From contig OZ037771.1 of the NCBI GenBank assembly GCA_964035545.1, forward strand, positions 11,474,480 through 11,538,479: DNA of 64,000 nt, given 5' to 3'. This stretch comes from Bugula neritina. Taxonomy: Eukaryota > Animalia > Bryozoa. The translations under genes and the position numbers were made by a program. Below are positions 1-13,782 of this stretch, in pieces. Position 1 is the stretch's first letter, and each line of letters begins with the position of its first letter. The notes under the pieces were generated by a model. The model searched no databases. It was not told the origin of the DNA and saw only the letters and a list, made by a program, of their open reading frames with translations.

Positions 1-509
1 ATAAACCTTCGTAAATTTTAAGTATTTACAATAATGTCATCACAGGACAAAGGCGGGTGAAAAATGTGATAAAAGCAGTGAAATAATTATTAATTATACT
101 ATACTTCTTTACATGTAAATCAGTAAATTCAAAACTCTGTGAAACCAAAGAATGCCACGTAATAAATTATCCATTTTTAAAGTAACATTGAGGAATCAGT
201 ATCAGGGATCACGTCTAAACTTTTATAACAAATACTATGGGCTCTAGTTTATTGTTAGAAGATTTAAAATGCAATGGCTGCAACAGTATTTCTTGAATTT
301 CAGATGAATGACAGGTGCACCCTGTTCTTAGTGTGAATAACTGTCAGGCGCTACAGCTATGGAGTACGCGACACACAACACACATGATGTTGCTTGACTC
401 GACTAGAGTCAGCACTCAGTAAAGCTCCTCTAGTGCATAATGCTGCCAGTCAAAGGTTAGACAGCAGCAGTTAATGTCAAACCACACGAGTAGCAAAACA
501 TCATCTAAC

Positions 510-2952
510 CTTGACATTTAGCCTCCATTCCAAGTCCCGATACTGAACAGGATGTAGACTGAGCTCATCTAAGATTAACCTGATCTCCCCTTTGTTATCC
601 ATGTAAATGCTCACAAGCTCCTTGCAAATATCTTCAGACACTCCGAGTGTTAGAATTGAATCATGGAAGTCCACTTCATTGATCTAAAATAATAGGAACA
701 GACTGCTGTGTAGATCACAGTCTAATGCTGTGTAGATCACAGTCTAATGTTGTGTAGATCACAGTCTAACGCTGTGTAGATCACAGTCTAATGCTGTGTA
801 GATCACAGTCTAATGTTGTGTAGATCACAGTCTAACGCTGTGTAGATCACAGTCTAATGATGTGTAGATCACAGTCTAATGCTGTGTATATCACAGTCTA
901 ATGCTGTGTAGATCACAGTCTAATTCTGTGTAGACCACAAACTACATAATAAGGCACTACATGAGAGAAAATTTGTCAGTCTCTAGCTAAAGTTTCTAGA
1001 TAATTTACATCCAAATAATTAAACTGAAGTAACCACAAATCTGAGAATTGCAGCAAAGCTAAGCACAGCGCTAATAATTATATTGAAAAGAAAGCACAAC
1101 TCCAAAAAATGAGTTAAAGTCGCGTGTCAGCATATTGTAATGAAGGCTCGGTATTTGAAGGATGACTGAAGTTTGACGCCAACTCTTTGGCCTTTTACCC
1201 TTTGACCTGTGTGTCGTACCCTTGACCCCTGCCCTGTGTGTCGCACACCATGACCCTTACAAGCTCATACCATCAGACATTTGAAACTGAAAGTTGAACT
1301 GCAAGAACAGAGAAGGTAGGATCTGAAGGAGCACTATCAGGTCCGTCATGATGTTAGAAAACAAGTTATCTGAGTGCCAAAAAATCAGTTAGTTAATTCT
1401 AAGAATATGCAAAAGAATTTAGTCACCAATCATGAAATATTTCTAGCTCCAACATAATTACAAGTGTTAGAAGAGGGTCATTCTGGAAGTTGACATGACG
1501 TAACACAAGGTGTAAAAGAATAGCATATTTAAACTTCTAAAACCCACCTCTTATAATCAGTAAAAATTATACACTTAGTGTCCCTTCGAACTGCTCAGGA
1601 TTTTTGTTTTAGAATGCATATTTGATCGATTGACCACTTTCATTATTGAACAAGAGTTACAGGGGAAATTCATTGTTAATCTGCATTGGCTTAATAATTT
1701 CAATGCAACAAAAACCTGATTTATTAAAAGTTTTAGTTTTAACAAATAAAATGGTCGCTTTCTTACTACATTCTTAGGTTGAAATAATATTTACCATCAG
1801 TTTTGCACTTTCAGCCAGCAAAAACATAAGCCCATCAATTAGATTTTCAACTGTGGATAACTCCAGCTTCAACTTGTCTACAGAAAAAATTACAATGAAT
1901 TTAACAGGTATGAATATCACATGTCAAAAATCAACTAGCAGTTACTTTGCTCTTCAAATAGCAACTTAGATAAAAATAAAACGCAATGCAAAGGAAACAA
2001 TCTGATTGATTCTAGATTCATACAACATATATTCCTTTTATTCAAAAGCCTTAACAAATTTCATAAGAAATTAAAAACCTAAATATGTACTGAACAGTAA
2101 TTTAATTAAAACGTAGCATGGATTGCTTCAAATACTAAATTGAATAAAGTAACTTACGAGCAGCGGTCTCCAACTTAGTACTGTTAACTCCATCACTTAT
2201 AAAGTTTATAGCCAATTTGAAAAACTCAACCACAACTAAAAAATATAGTCATAATATAAATAAGCTTTAGCATTTAATATTTAAATCAGTGAGCATAAAA
2301 AGTAATTTTGTTCATAGCATTTATTGTAAGGACGACATAAAATTCCAAGAATTTGAACGGATTCAAAATGAGAATTTGAAAGAGATGTTTTGAACCATGT
2401 ACGATAAAGATTGCACAGGTAACAATGGCACAGGTAGTAATGGCACAAATGGCAAAGTAGGTAAAAATGGCACATTTTTAATATTAGGGTTTGGAGTGGG
2501 GGTTGGTGGTTTGGAATGGAGTTTAGGTTTGGGTATGGTGGTTTGAGTCTCAGGTTGGAAGTTTGGGTTTGGAGTTTTGGAAAATTTAACATCAGTGTGC
2601 CATTTTTACCTCCTTTTCCATTGAGTCATTACTACCCATGCCACTTTTACCTAAAACCGTTTTAAACATAGTGATATTAAGACGCAAAGTACTGCTATGA
2701 AACAATCAACTATTTAAATTTTTAACAACAACAAAATATCAGTTTCACTCTTTGAATCAATAACTATAAATCTAGCTTTATCTTAGAGTGATTTTATAAT
2801 TCTTATTGCCAATTTGAATACATTACTAATGCTCAACATCCAAAACAAATCATAAAATTGAAGAATTGCAGACAATGTGGCTTACCTTCTTTTTCCAGGG
2901 TTGACAAAATTTCTAAATGAAGTTTGTGGTTCTCATCAAGTAATAGCAACAT
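510..2952 (-). CDS. COMMD2: COMM domain-containing protein 2, exons 1-4 (last exon not found, probably left of window)
   Basis: Exons 2952-2886, 2235-2158, 1877-1795, 683-510 with GT-AG junctions and consistent phase. Translation MLLLDENHKLHLEILSTLEKEVVVEFFKLAINF...DGLMFLLAESAKLMINEVDFHDSILTLG...YRDLEWRLNVK matches the COMMD2 N-terminus and the COMM-domain EWRL motif. Confidence 0.93.
705..940. repeat. 22-bp minisatellite (ctgtgtagatcacagtctaatg), about 11 copies, in COMMD2 intron 3
   Basis: Direct tandem copies visible; each unit contains ctgtg-tagat-cacag, a small inverted repeat. Confidence 0.95.
2417..2652. mobile_element. Small inverted-repeat (MITE/Helentron-like) element with G-rich telomere-like core, in COMMD2 intron 1
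   Basis: aggtaacaatggcacaggtagtaatggcac...gtaggtaaaaatggcaca is inverted at tgtgccatttttacct...cattactacccatgccacttttacct; the core is (ttaggg/tttggg)-like. Confidence 0.65.
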
Positions 2953-5900
2953 GTTGGATTCAATACTGATATTCAATTTCAACTTCAACAGTTGATTTTA
3001 CTATTTGGTATTTAATATTTTATAATAATTTAAATTATCAAGTATTTATGTTAAATTTACGAGTCTTATTATTATTAATATTATCTTTATTATAATATAA
3101 CTAATATTGTAAATGCCAACTAGTTGCACTTAGTTTTACACTAACAGTATGACTATGGGTATGACTATGGACTTCCTCTTACAATCAGTATACCGTATCT
3201 GTATTCTTATAGTTTTAAACTAGTTAAGTTCAAGTTATTCTAACTCTAACTCTAAGTAACTAACACTGTTAGTAACAGCAGGCGTGGCTGTAAAAACCCC
3301 AAAGTCAAACTACTGCACTCATTCACCCCCAAATTGGAGCTGCTTATAGAAAAAAAATCTATCAAATGTACGTACTAAGTACAAATTTAAATTGTTATAA
3401 CGTGTTTCACAGTAGTTGTTTTTTAGAATTCCGGGTCTAGCAGTAGCTGGAAGTCTAAAATCTCTCAATTTTAGTGAGTAGTAGTAGCAGTCTACTAGTA
3501 ATAGAAAGTATAGCCTTCGCGTTTCAACTTAATAATTAGGAAAAAATCAGATTTTGGTTCCTCAAGTCTCAGAACTTCATGAACAAATTCACACATTTTA
3601 GGCTATACTCAGGCTATTCAATTTAAGTTGGTTTTAGCGTCTTCCCAAATAGACACAAATCTTTCCCTCCTGATGTGGAGGGTCTCCCGCCACGTAAAAT
3701 CTAAAGCTTCTTCAGCCTCTACGTCTACAGCATTTTTTAACAAATTACTTTTTTAGTAATATAATTTCAATTTGTCGTTAATTTTTTTGTATTATAATTA
3801 CGATTATTCAAATCATAATCGATATCATAAAATTTAATATGATAAATAAAATATCAATATGTTTATAATATTCATTATATTCATATTCAATACCGACATT
3901 GACAATCGCAATGAATATCAATATGAATATGATTATCAATTATCATAATGTTAATCATAGTGATAATCATTATCATAATGATAATCATAATAAGTATCAA
4001 TATGAATGGACATTGTTCTACTTCTAATAATTTTATGTACCAGTAGCCATAGATGTTGTCATAGTGCAGTTAGTGTTACTGTTAGTGTTAGACTTAAAGT
4101 GAGTAAGACTAAGAGTAAGAGTAAGTGTAAAACCAAGTCTATGACCATCTAATTCTATGACCTTGATATTAATAAATCATATTGGTATTCATATGGCCTG
4201 TTGTAATTGTATTAGTATTATTATAGGTCTATATCTAGCATTTACTTTTAGTTTTAGTAACAACTGTAGGTGTATAAATCATTACTGTAAATCAAATTAT
4301 AAGTAAATATAATGCTTGTAGTTGTACTGTTGTAACTATACTATTTCTACTATTAAGTGGTACTGGTAGTGATACTGATGATATTACTATTGTTATGAGT
4401 ATTAGTATTACTATTACTATTTTTAAATGTAGCAGTAATGCTGATAGTAATACTAATAATTCATCATTAATAATGTTTAAATTTATAATATTTGATTATA
4501 TCATTGACATTGACAAGAAGAATAGAAGAAAAGACATTGACAACATAAATTATATTTATTACAAAGTGGCAAAATATTTTCCCATTTTAAATTTATTATT
4601 ACTATGTATATTAGCACTAAGAGTAGAGTAAGTTCAACAGAAATGTTAACTTGTAAGTGTAACACTATTAGTATTACTATAACTAATAGAAATATTATTG
4701 TTAGGTTTAATTATATTTATACCTGATAAACTATTATTGATGGTATTATAATAATTAGTTTTGCTGTTAGATTTAGTTTTACTATAACTATTACTATGGT
4801 TGTTATTATTACTAATACTGATTACATATATAACTGGATTATAGTCACCACAAGTTGCTCAAATCAAATTGAAATTCGAGTTTAGTCAAATTATTCACCA
4901 AATCGAGTCATACTCTCTCGATAGTCCATAGGCAGACGATAAAATACGAGTCTTGTCCAGGCCAAATAACTGACTCACTCAATAGATCATTAAATGAATT
5001 CAGTCAATTTGAACTTTCCTGCATCTGGAAATCTTCATCAAATTGAAGTAGCATTGTTATTTGAGTTTTACTCTGCTATTCAGCTCACAATTACATAGGT
5101 CCAACTATGATGTGCGATTCTCGAATACAGTCTATTTGGAATTTATAATCTACGAATATCACTATTCATAACTGTCTGTATTCATATCGATTACCGTTGA
5201 CTCATTGTATATTTCATACCATGCAATATCATTATTAAAGTAGGAAATGCATCTTGTATTCATTTCCTGCAGGCTAATTTGAAACAACACATGATTGTTT
5301 TATATTGACTATAGTAATAAAGAGTAGCTGCTGGTTGTTCTGCAAAGGTATAGAGTGTATTGCTGAAATATTTAAGTGCCATGAGTTGTAACTAATGCAA
5401 ACCATTAGTATATGTTCATATACCCCTAAACTTACAATTTTACAAAACATTTCATAACTTCATCTAGATTAATAATTCTGGTTAGCAGTTACATCAGCTA
5501 TTATTTACCCCTGTCTATGTTTTTTATTATTCATTTTGATTTTTTGTGTTTTTGCAAATGTTATTTTTTAATATTTATGTAGATTTATTAATTGGCATTG
5601 CAGTAGTAATGAACTATACTGAAACACACCTGTATACATAAAACAGAACCTTTCACATCTGTAATCTCTGTAGTTTAGCATGACAAAATAGGTTTATATT
5701 TATCTCTCAAACACTATATTTGATGTGCTTTATCCTGCTCCCTATTGTTCATGTAATTTGTGAACTATACACACTCTTGAGAATTTTAAAATCATTTTTT
5801 CTAAATCATAATATTATATCTGTGATTTATATATGAAGTGTTCAATCAGCTTTTGCTCTCCTAATATAGTACTTATCTTGGCTTAATAATATTTGGTAGT

Positions 5901-6308
5901 TGTTATCAACTTCGTACGCCATTGAAAATCTATAAAATTATTCAATCAACCATAACCATGTATAATTAAACATTCTATTTTTATTAGAATAAGATTGTTA
6001 CACAAGATACTGAGCTGTTATCACGGGCTACTTCCATGTCAACACAATACTCAAATTAAGTGATGATTTGTGTTTATATTCTTAATATGTAAACTTATCA
6101 AATCGCATATCATTTCATTTGATTTCAACATAAATCATTGTTTTGGCACCTAAACTTAAAGTCTCGAACTTCTTTTAGGCATCATTTCCCATGTACTTAT
6201 TTAATATTGTATGACATATTATTGGGTAAAAAGTTACAGTAATTGGTAGTAAATTTATATGTTAAAATTCGAGAAAATCAAGGAGATATTTTGATACTGG
6301 TTTTACAG

Positions 6309-9300
6309 ATGGATGATGGAAGTTGCAATGACTGTGCAGTGTTTGGTCAGGAAATTCAAGCTGTAGCTGATAAACATTTTAAATCTATGTCGAAACATGC
6401 AAGATGTTTTAAGAACAGGGTTATCTTGAAACGACCCAAGTACACACAAATGATCATATGGTGGGAGTTTACTCAAATGTTTGATAAACTGCATCTAATG
6501 CCTATAATTAGCAAAGTTCTATATGCACGACACTACTTTTGTTGATCATTTCTGGGGCTATAGAGAGCTATTGTTCTGTTGTTGAGATAGATTGTGTCTA
6601 GTAAAGCTCTTATTGATGAGTCATGTTTGTAAGTAGCTAGTCCTGCTCTAGCACTCTAACATAATGCCCAACATCAAACTGTTTAGGTTTGCTAATATAA
6701 TTTCTAAATTGAAGAAAGGTTTTATGGTCTAAATGAAGACTACTATTCTTGATAGATATGTTGAACTACTAACGACATATTGAAGTATATTTTGTGTTTC
6801 TCTGGTGGTAGTCGTGGGAGTTATGTCCTCTAATTAGTGAGATGTTTTCCAGTTCTAAGTTGAGCTCTACGAACTATCCTTTATACTGTAGTAGTGGTTT
6901 TGTATTGGCAGGCATTTTGAGTGTCACCAATGTGACTACAGCTCCTTCTATGCGAGTGAGATTGAGAAACATGTCGACTCGGAGCACCCTAGTCCTGCTG
7001 AAGAGCCGCAATCATTACCTCCACATGCTACAGTACCTTTTAGCAGCGCCATGTCCGATAGTAAAGGTTGGAACCTTATTAATAATTAATTTTTTATTTG
7101 TACATACTTTGTGTAATTGAGTTAACCTTTATAGCTGCACACCAGAAATGGAAATTTCATGTGTACTGTTAAGTTGCGTTTGTACCTCATATTTTCGGTC
7201 AGAAATTTAATTTGGCCAAGTTGAAATTTCACCGAGTTGCATTGCATTGTAAAACTGTAAAAGCCACTCGTCAAAATTTTTGTACTTACATAACTTAATC
7301 GGCTGAGTTCAGAATAATAAGCAAAAGGAATAATAACTCCTTGTAAATATCTGTATTTAAAATGATTTTCGCGATTAGATGACGTACTTATATGTGTATA
7401 ATTATATCAGATACGCTTTTTCAATTATCGCTTTTATGCTGTCAACTTTGTTAATTCACGACATTTTCAAAGGGCGTCAAATAGAGATTAGGCGATATTT
7501 CACTTTTAAAAAGTAAGCTTCTGCATTAATATAATTTCACCAAGTTTCAGTTTGACTATAAAGGGATACTCGGACAAGTGTTATTGACTGAAACTCGGTA
7601 CTTTTTTAGCAGAGGTATAAACACAACTATAAAGTTACTTTGAGATAGCTAGACCCTCCTTCGAATTATAAATTTGCTAGTTAGTAAAACTAATAGCTGT
7701 TCCATTTCTCATGATATTTATGCATTTAAGGGGCCAAACTAACTAAAAATACTTTTTTGTGTTGATTTTATTGGTTTCCTATTTGTAGAGTGTCTCCTTA
7801 CTGAATCGCCTTCACTCACTTTGAGTATCGCCCATCTGGACTCACCGGAGAAGACAGTTGATAGCCGAACTCCCTCACCCCCTTCACAAGCTTTTCAAAA
7901 CCCTGTTATACTGTCATCTAGCAGTGACTTTTTACTTGATGTACCACCACCTGCACACTCTGTATTGTCTACACAACCTGCACACTCTGCATTGGTTACA
8001 CAACTTGCACACTCTGCATTGTCTACACCACCTGCACACTCTGTTTTGGTTACATCATCTGCCACATCCTCTGTCGTATCTTCTGCCACATCTGCTACAG
8101 AATCTCTTACTGTTGTATCCAGTGCCACACCTCTTGGAGGCACCATCTGCGAACTTTCCCAGACTACTTCTAGTCCCGTGATACCTCTCCCTACAAGTTC
8201 ATCTGACTCTGTATGTAGTCCTGTAACACCTCCGTCTACAAGCTCAGTAGCAAATAACTTACAAAAGCCAGTTATTGTTAATGTAATTTCTTCGCCCAAG
8301 ACTGTTGCAACTGTTTCCATAATTACGACCACGGCAGCGGCAACTAAGGAGCTACGAACAACTAGAACTGCTGCCAATGCCTCTTTGTCAAAAACTTCAG
8401 TCATCACTACAACCGGTGCACTAACAACAACTGCTCCACAACCTAAAGCCGCTGTAAATAGTTCAACTCCTCAACGGACTATGCTATGTATAATTAAAAA
8501 AACTTCCAATACTGCTAAAACCATCGGTGAGTTTATTTAAATCTCATAAATATTCTTCAAAGAAGCTTTTTATTGCTTTTAGGCTTTTTGATGCTTAGTT
8601 GTAGATTTTGTATATTTTCTATATAGGTTATCCAGTCAATTGTCCGATGGCAACTTCTGAAGCTAGCCCTGCTCAAAAACGATCAAAACCTAAATTGCTA
8701 CCACAGAAACGAACAGAAACAAAATTGAGACAAATTACAAAGCCTGCTACTGCCAGAAATGATGTAACAAGTGAAAGTTTGTCACCATCTGCCCAAGTGC
8801 GAAAACAACCATCTCCTTTTACAAGCAACTCTATAAAAAAGAAAGCACAAACTGAGGTGTCTATAGCATGCCGTCCTCCGGCCAATATAACCCCAGGCGC
8901 TGGCTCCAATCTCAACTCATCTCCGGCCAACACTGACACCATCAAACCTTCTGTTCTCAGTCCTCCTGGACCTGAGGTTAAGTCACTCAAGTCTCCTACA
9001 CTAAATCTCAATGAGTTCACTCATATATTAGGTCTAAAACAATTAGCTCCGAAAGACTCCGTTTCTAAACCTTCTGTTGAATCGCCAGTTATTAAAAACT
9101 CTATGGAAGGTTCGCAGTTTAGCAGCCGTCGAGCACACAAACGGAAACCTAATGTCCGGAAAGAGCCTAATGTGTCTAAGGCGGCGAAAGTGTCAAAATT
9201 AACACCCAACTCCCGGCAATGCAAGAATGTATCTGCTACACCTGTCGATACTTCAATACAGTCCAAGTTGAAATACCCTTGCATGTCGTCAGCTCCTACC

Positions 9301-12300
9301 AGATCAGAAAACTCAGCTACTGATACTTTGGCAGCTGACTTACCTAGCAGAGTGTCGGCCAGTAAATCTAGGGATTCTTCGATTCTCCAAATTCCAAATC
9401 TTGCTTGTTCAAACACTCTGCCTACGATTCCGCTGTACAGAGTTACCACCCCTCAATGTATGTGGTATTTCTCTACCTTTCTAGCTACGGTTACAGTTTA
9501 CTATATTTAACCATTTAGCAGTAAGATATATGTATTGTGAATTTCAAAGAGGCCAGTTAGGGTGTCAGACAATGACTTTTGTGCTGAAAAATTCCATATC
9601 TTCAGATTTTTGGCTACATATACCGAAAGCAAGATATTTTATAATTATTTAATTGGTATGTTCATTCCTGAAGTTAAAGACGGAGTTGGTGACAACATGC
9701 ACTAGTGTATCATGCTCAAACACGTCTTGATAATCTTTTAGTCTAGGCGTTTCCGGAATTGTTGCATTTATTCAATGGAACAAATCGAATAATTATTTAG
9801 TTAGTGCTGCCACGGTTGTCTATTCTCAATAGACTGAATAGCTTCATAAACTGACTCACCATTATTAGGACCAAGTGTTAGCTTGTTGAATATTAGTAGC
9901 ATTCAGAGCTTTGGGTAATGTCACCTTCACACAGAGCTTAGTCTTGTCAGTTGGATGAATGCGAAACATATCTGTTGAAGACATTTTTCCTCAGTTGTCC
10001 TGTAAAGTGATGTTTTCTAAAAAATCATTTTGAGAAGGTTGTTTCAAGTTTGTGAATCATGGTAAAATTTTTAATGCAACTCTATTTGTAGCTTCAGTCA
10101 CCAAAAGTAAGAACGGGACGGACACTGATTCCACGCCCCTAGATCCATTTGAGTTTGTTGAGTCAAGTATGTTTTGTAGTTCTGGTAGTAAATCTGTCAC
10201 CTGAGTTGGTCTCGAGGCCACTGTTTTCTGTTTTGGTTTCAGTTTTTTATGATTTTTAAGTTTTGTTTCAAGTGCTAATATTTTCTTTATCTGCAAGTTT
10301 TCAATTGCTAAAACTGACCAGATGTACAGTAAGGTGTGTAATGGGTTAAAGTGACTACTGTGTCAAGGTGACTAGTGTGTCAAGGTGACTAGTGTGTCAA
10401 AGTGACTAGTGTGTCAAGGTGACTAGTGTGTCAAGGTGACTAGTGTGTCAAAGTGACTAGTGTGTCAAGGTGACTAGTGTGTCAAGGTGACTAGTGTCAA
10501 GGTGACTAGTGTCAAGGTGACTAGTGTGTCAAAGTGACAAGTGTGTCAAGGTGACTACTGTGTCAAGGTGACTAGTGTGTCAAGGTGACTAGTGTGTCAA
10601 GGTGACTGGTGTGTCAAGGTGACTAGTGTGTCAAGGTGACTAGTGTGTCAAGGTGGGCTGAATATTTTGCTTCAACTTCAGTATATTGTACTGTTAACAG
10701 GAGATAGTAATTACTTCTAAATATATTTCATAATTGTATAAAGTTGTGGCTCATCCCTTGTGATATCTCTTGAGAATTGGCTAGCATTAAATCCAGAGCA
10801 ATCCCATATAGTAATTTATATAGTTTCTGTAGTAACTTATGATGATTATTAATATGCTGTGCAATAATAAGTTACTGTTGACTAGATTTATCTTCTCTGT
10901 TGCTCTTGGAAAATGTTACGTTTTCCCACCCTTACAGTATTTTAAAGAATTGACTTTATATCAGAAATGTTGCTCCATCAATGGGTTGCTAGTTCTGTCA
11001 TTATTTTATAAACTGCATGAATAGTTTCTTTTTAATATCTATTTTTAGGTCCAACCTCAAACTCTAGAGGAATGTTTGCCTTCAAAAGTACAGGGGGCCG
11101 CAAATGTAAGATTATTTGTAGTGTCTTAGTCATCATCTTGTAAATGACTGCTGAAATCCTGCCATAATATTACAGCTGCGTCATATTCATTGATTTTGCA
11201 CAGTTTTGAACACGTTTTATATTTGATTTATCAGCCCAGAGTTTAAACAATGATAACAGATGAAAGGAAAAATTTATACTCTATACTGATACTTAGTAAA
11301 AACGTTGAGCTGGTGTTTGTATAATAAAATACGTGTTATATTATGAAGTACTGTGGCTCAACAGTGCTAATCATGGCTTGGTCTGGTGGTGCTGTGCTAA
11401 ACTCGATGGACAACAAATTGCTCTCAAGTTGTATCAAATATAGCTTGAGAAACTACTTGTAACTTAACTGCACAATATTTAATATTCTGTCTAATAAAAT
11501 AAATTCTTTGACAAATATTTATAGATCAGCGGAAATTGCGGAAAACAACACCCGCAGGTGACAAAAATCTTTGCATGCGTGCTATGTGTTATGGGTGACT
11601 TGACTTTATATAGTACACACTGCATATCTTCACTTTTCTTCTATTCTATGAAATTTTAATTTCAAATATATCTAATTTATACCTACAACGAAGAGTGTGT
11701 GGACAAATAAAACTAAACAATTGCGTATTTCCCATTTTTTGTTGAATTAGTAGTAAAAAATGAAGGTTTCGCGGCATGATGGTATTCAATTATCAAAGTA
11801 AACTAAATTATAAAAAATAGTAGTGCACAAAATTTGAAATTTTTAATGAATGATGCAGCCTTCAATCGTTTAACTGAGATACCAGCTATACCAATGTTTT
11901 GTCTAGTAACCATAGTATACACGAAATATCTTTTAACCTGCCAATATAACAGAAGCATCACACTTTATTGTTGCAGGACTTTTTTTCAACTAGTTTTTTT
12001 ATACATATTTTGGATCAGCATATGAAAATACCACCAAATGTTATATTTTCATGAACTGTAGATTTTAATTTGAATTTCTGCGTTTATTTGGATAGGGTGT
12101 ACTGAATAAAGTAAAATGACCCATATACATTGCTTTACATTCACAAAACCCAGCTTAAGTACCTTAAAACCATCAAATGGTTCTTTCCTGCTATTGATTT
12201 GTTCTCTCTGTTGAAATCTCTTTTCTTTCAAGTTTTGAGAATAGACACAAGTTTTGGCTGATATGCAGTGCCATGCAGAGATGATAGAGATTCGAGTTCT

Positions 12301-13782
12301 GTTTATTTACATATTATTGTCAAGGACGTATCCTATCCTATTCCTATTGCTTTGAGAAACTAAAGGCCAGGGCACACTTTTACCTGATGTTCGACGTTAC
12401 GTCAAAGTGTGCCCAGGTCTTAATTGTTCTCAATTGATGTAGAACACCTCTGTATTGTAAGCATACTAGTTAGTAGTTAGTGCATGTATGCTTGTATTGC
12501 CTCGATGGTACCAACTTTGATTTTATACCAACTCGATGAGTTTTGTGATCAGTTTAATATGTTTAAACAGACAAAAGAATTTGGAAACCAACGTACAGGA
12601 AGGAGCGTGACCGGCCATCTTCTTCAGCTGTCACTCGTCGTGTAAGTTTCTCTCAGCTCCGCATCATTTTTTGCTTAAATATAGGTTTATATTTGTTTTT
12701 TTTTGCTGATTTGTTTATCCTTTTTCCTGAGTGTTTCACAAAGGTAATGCAATGTTTTAGGTTATTGGCAGGCCACGTGCTATTTCATTAACGATTTTTG
12801 AAGTTTGTAAAAATTGGCATTACGCTTTTCACTTTAGTTTCAGCAGTGAAAACTTGAAACAAGTTTCTCAAAAAGCCCTCTTGTGTCTCTAGGAGGCCAG
12901 GATAGACAAGGTCAACATGTCTTTTGTCTTTTGGCAACGGTGTCAAGATCAAAACAATTTATTATATTTCTATTTATTAAAATTAAAATTCACTTGACTT
13001 GATTAGTTCAGGATAATGATGTTTTTATTTAGGCTTCAGCAAGAGCAGCTACTCCCTTGACACAGCCATTACAGCCTTTAAGTATTTCTACTAATTTTAA
13101 ATCTAACGCTCAACCTCTCCCTTCTGTTAGAGTTGTCTGCTCTCCGGCAGAGAATGAAATAGATCCTTGGCCTTTCCCCATGTCTCCAGACAACTGTCCC
13201 ATTTCTGCTGAACCAGAAGTTACAACTAATGTCTCTGTTAATAAACCGTCCACTACCTCTACAGTAAGTACAATCACTAGTAGTGACTCTATTTGCACAC
13301 CGAGTGTTACCAGTCAGCCTGTTACAACCACCCCCTCATCTACAGCCAACAAATTATGTTCAACTGAGAAAGTCATCTGTAATGATCAATTTAGTCAATA
13401 TGCCTCCACGCCGTTACTCACCATTGGTGTTCCTTCCCCATCTGTCTTTAATCGCCAATCTCCTCGACAAAACGTAAAACGAGTCAGTAAGGAAACGGTG
13501 TGTTGTGCCTTGGAGACTTTTAAGCTGCCTGCTTTAATTTCACCTTCACCGGGAAATAACTTTGCTAATGTTGTGAAAATGGAAGCAGAAAAAGTGGCCC
13601 AGGGTCTTAAATATATTGACGACAAGCTATGTAAGTCTATACAAAATACCTCAAGAAAGATAAAACCTATGAAAGAAAGTGACTACGAGTTGGAAAGTGA
13701 CCCTGTTTGGCCCGGGCCAGTTTTCTCCGATGATGAGATAATAACGTCAGCCAATTCCACAGACAACTCTTCGTCTCCATAG
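6309..13782 (+). CDS. Uncharacterised ~953-aa Ser/Thr/Pro-rich protein with one N-terminal C2H2 zinc finger
   Basis: Nine phase-consistent exons: 6309-6460, 6912-7066, 7789-8526, 8627-9457, 10092-10166, 11049-11105, 11525-11557, 12571-12641, 13033-13782 (2862 nt). Finger FECHQCDYSSFYASEIEKHVDSEH is in exon 2. The ATG directly follows an acceptor, so upstream exons may exist. Confidence 0.8.
10350..10655. repeat. 17-bp minisatellite (aggtgactagtgtgtca), about 18 copies
   Basis: Direct tandem copies in an intron of the zinc-finger gene. Confidence 0.95.
12364..12420. mobile_element. 57-bp micro-MITE with PIF/Harbinger-type ends
   Basis: TIRs aggccagggcacacttt / aaagtgtgcccaggtct, flanked by TAA on both sides (12361-63, 12421-23). 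Confidence 0.6.

Noticed and set aside
705-940. CRISPR-like array (also 10350, 50143, 52790)
   Set aside because: Head-to-tail repeats without unique spacers, in a eukaryotic intron, with no cas genes.
7858-9449. Alternative-frame and antisense ORFs over the Ser/Thr-rich exons
   Set aside because: Shadow ORFs of low-complexity coding sequence.
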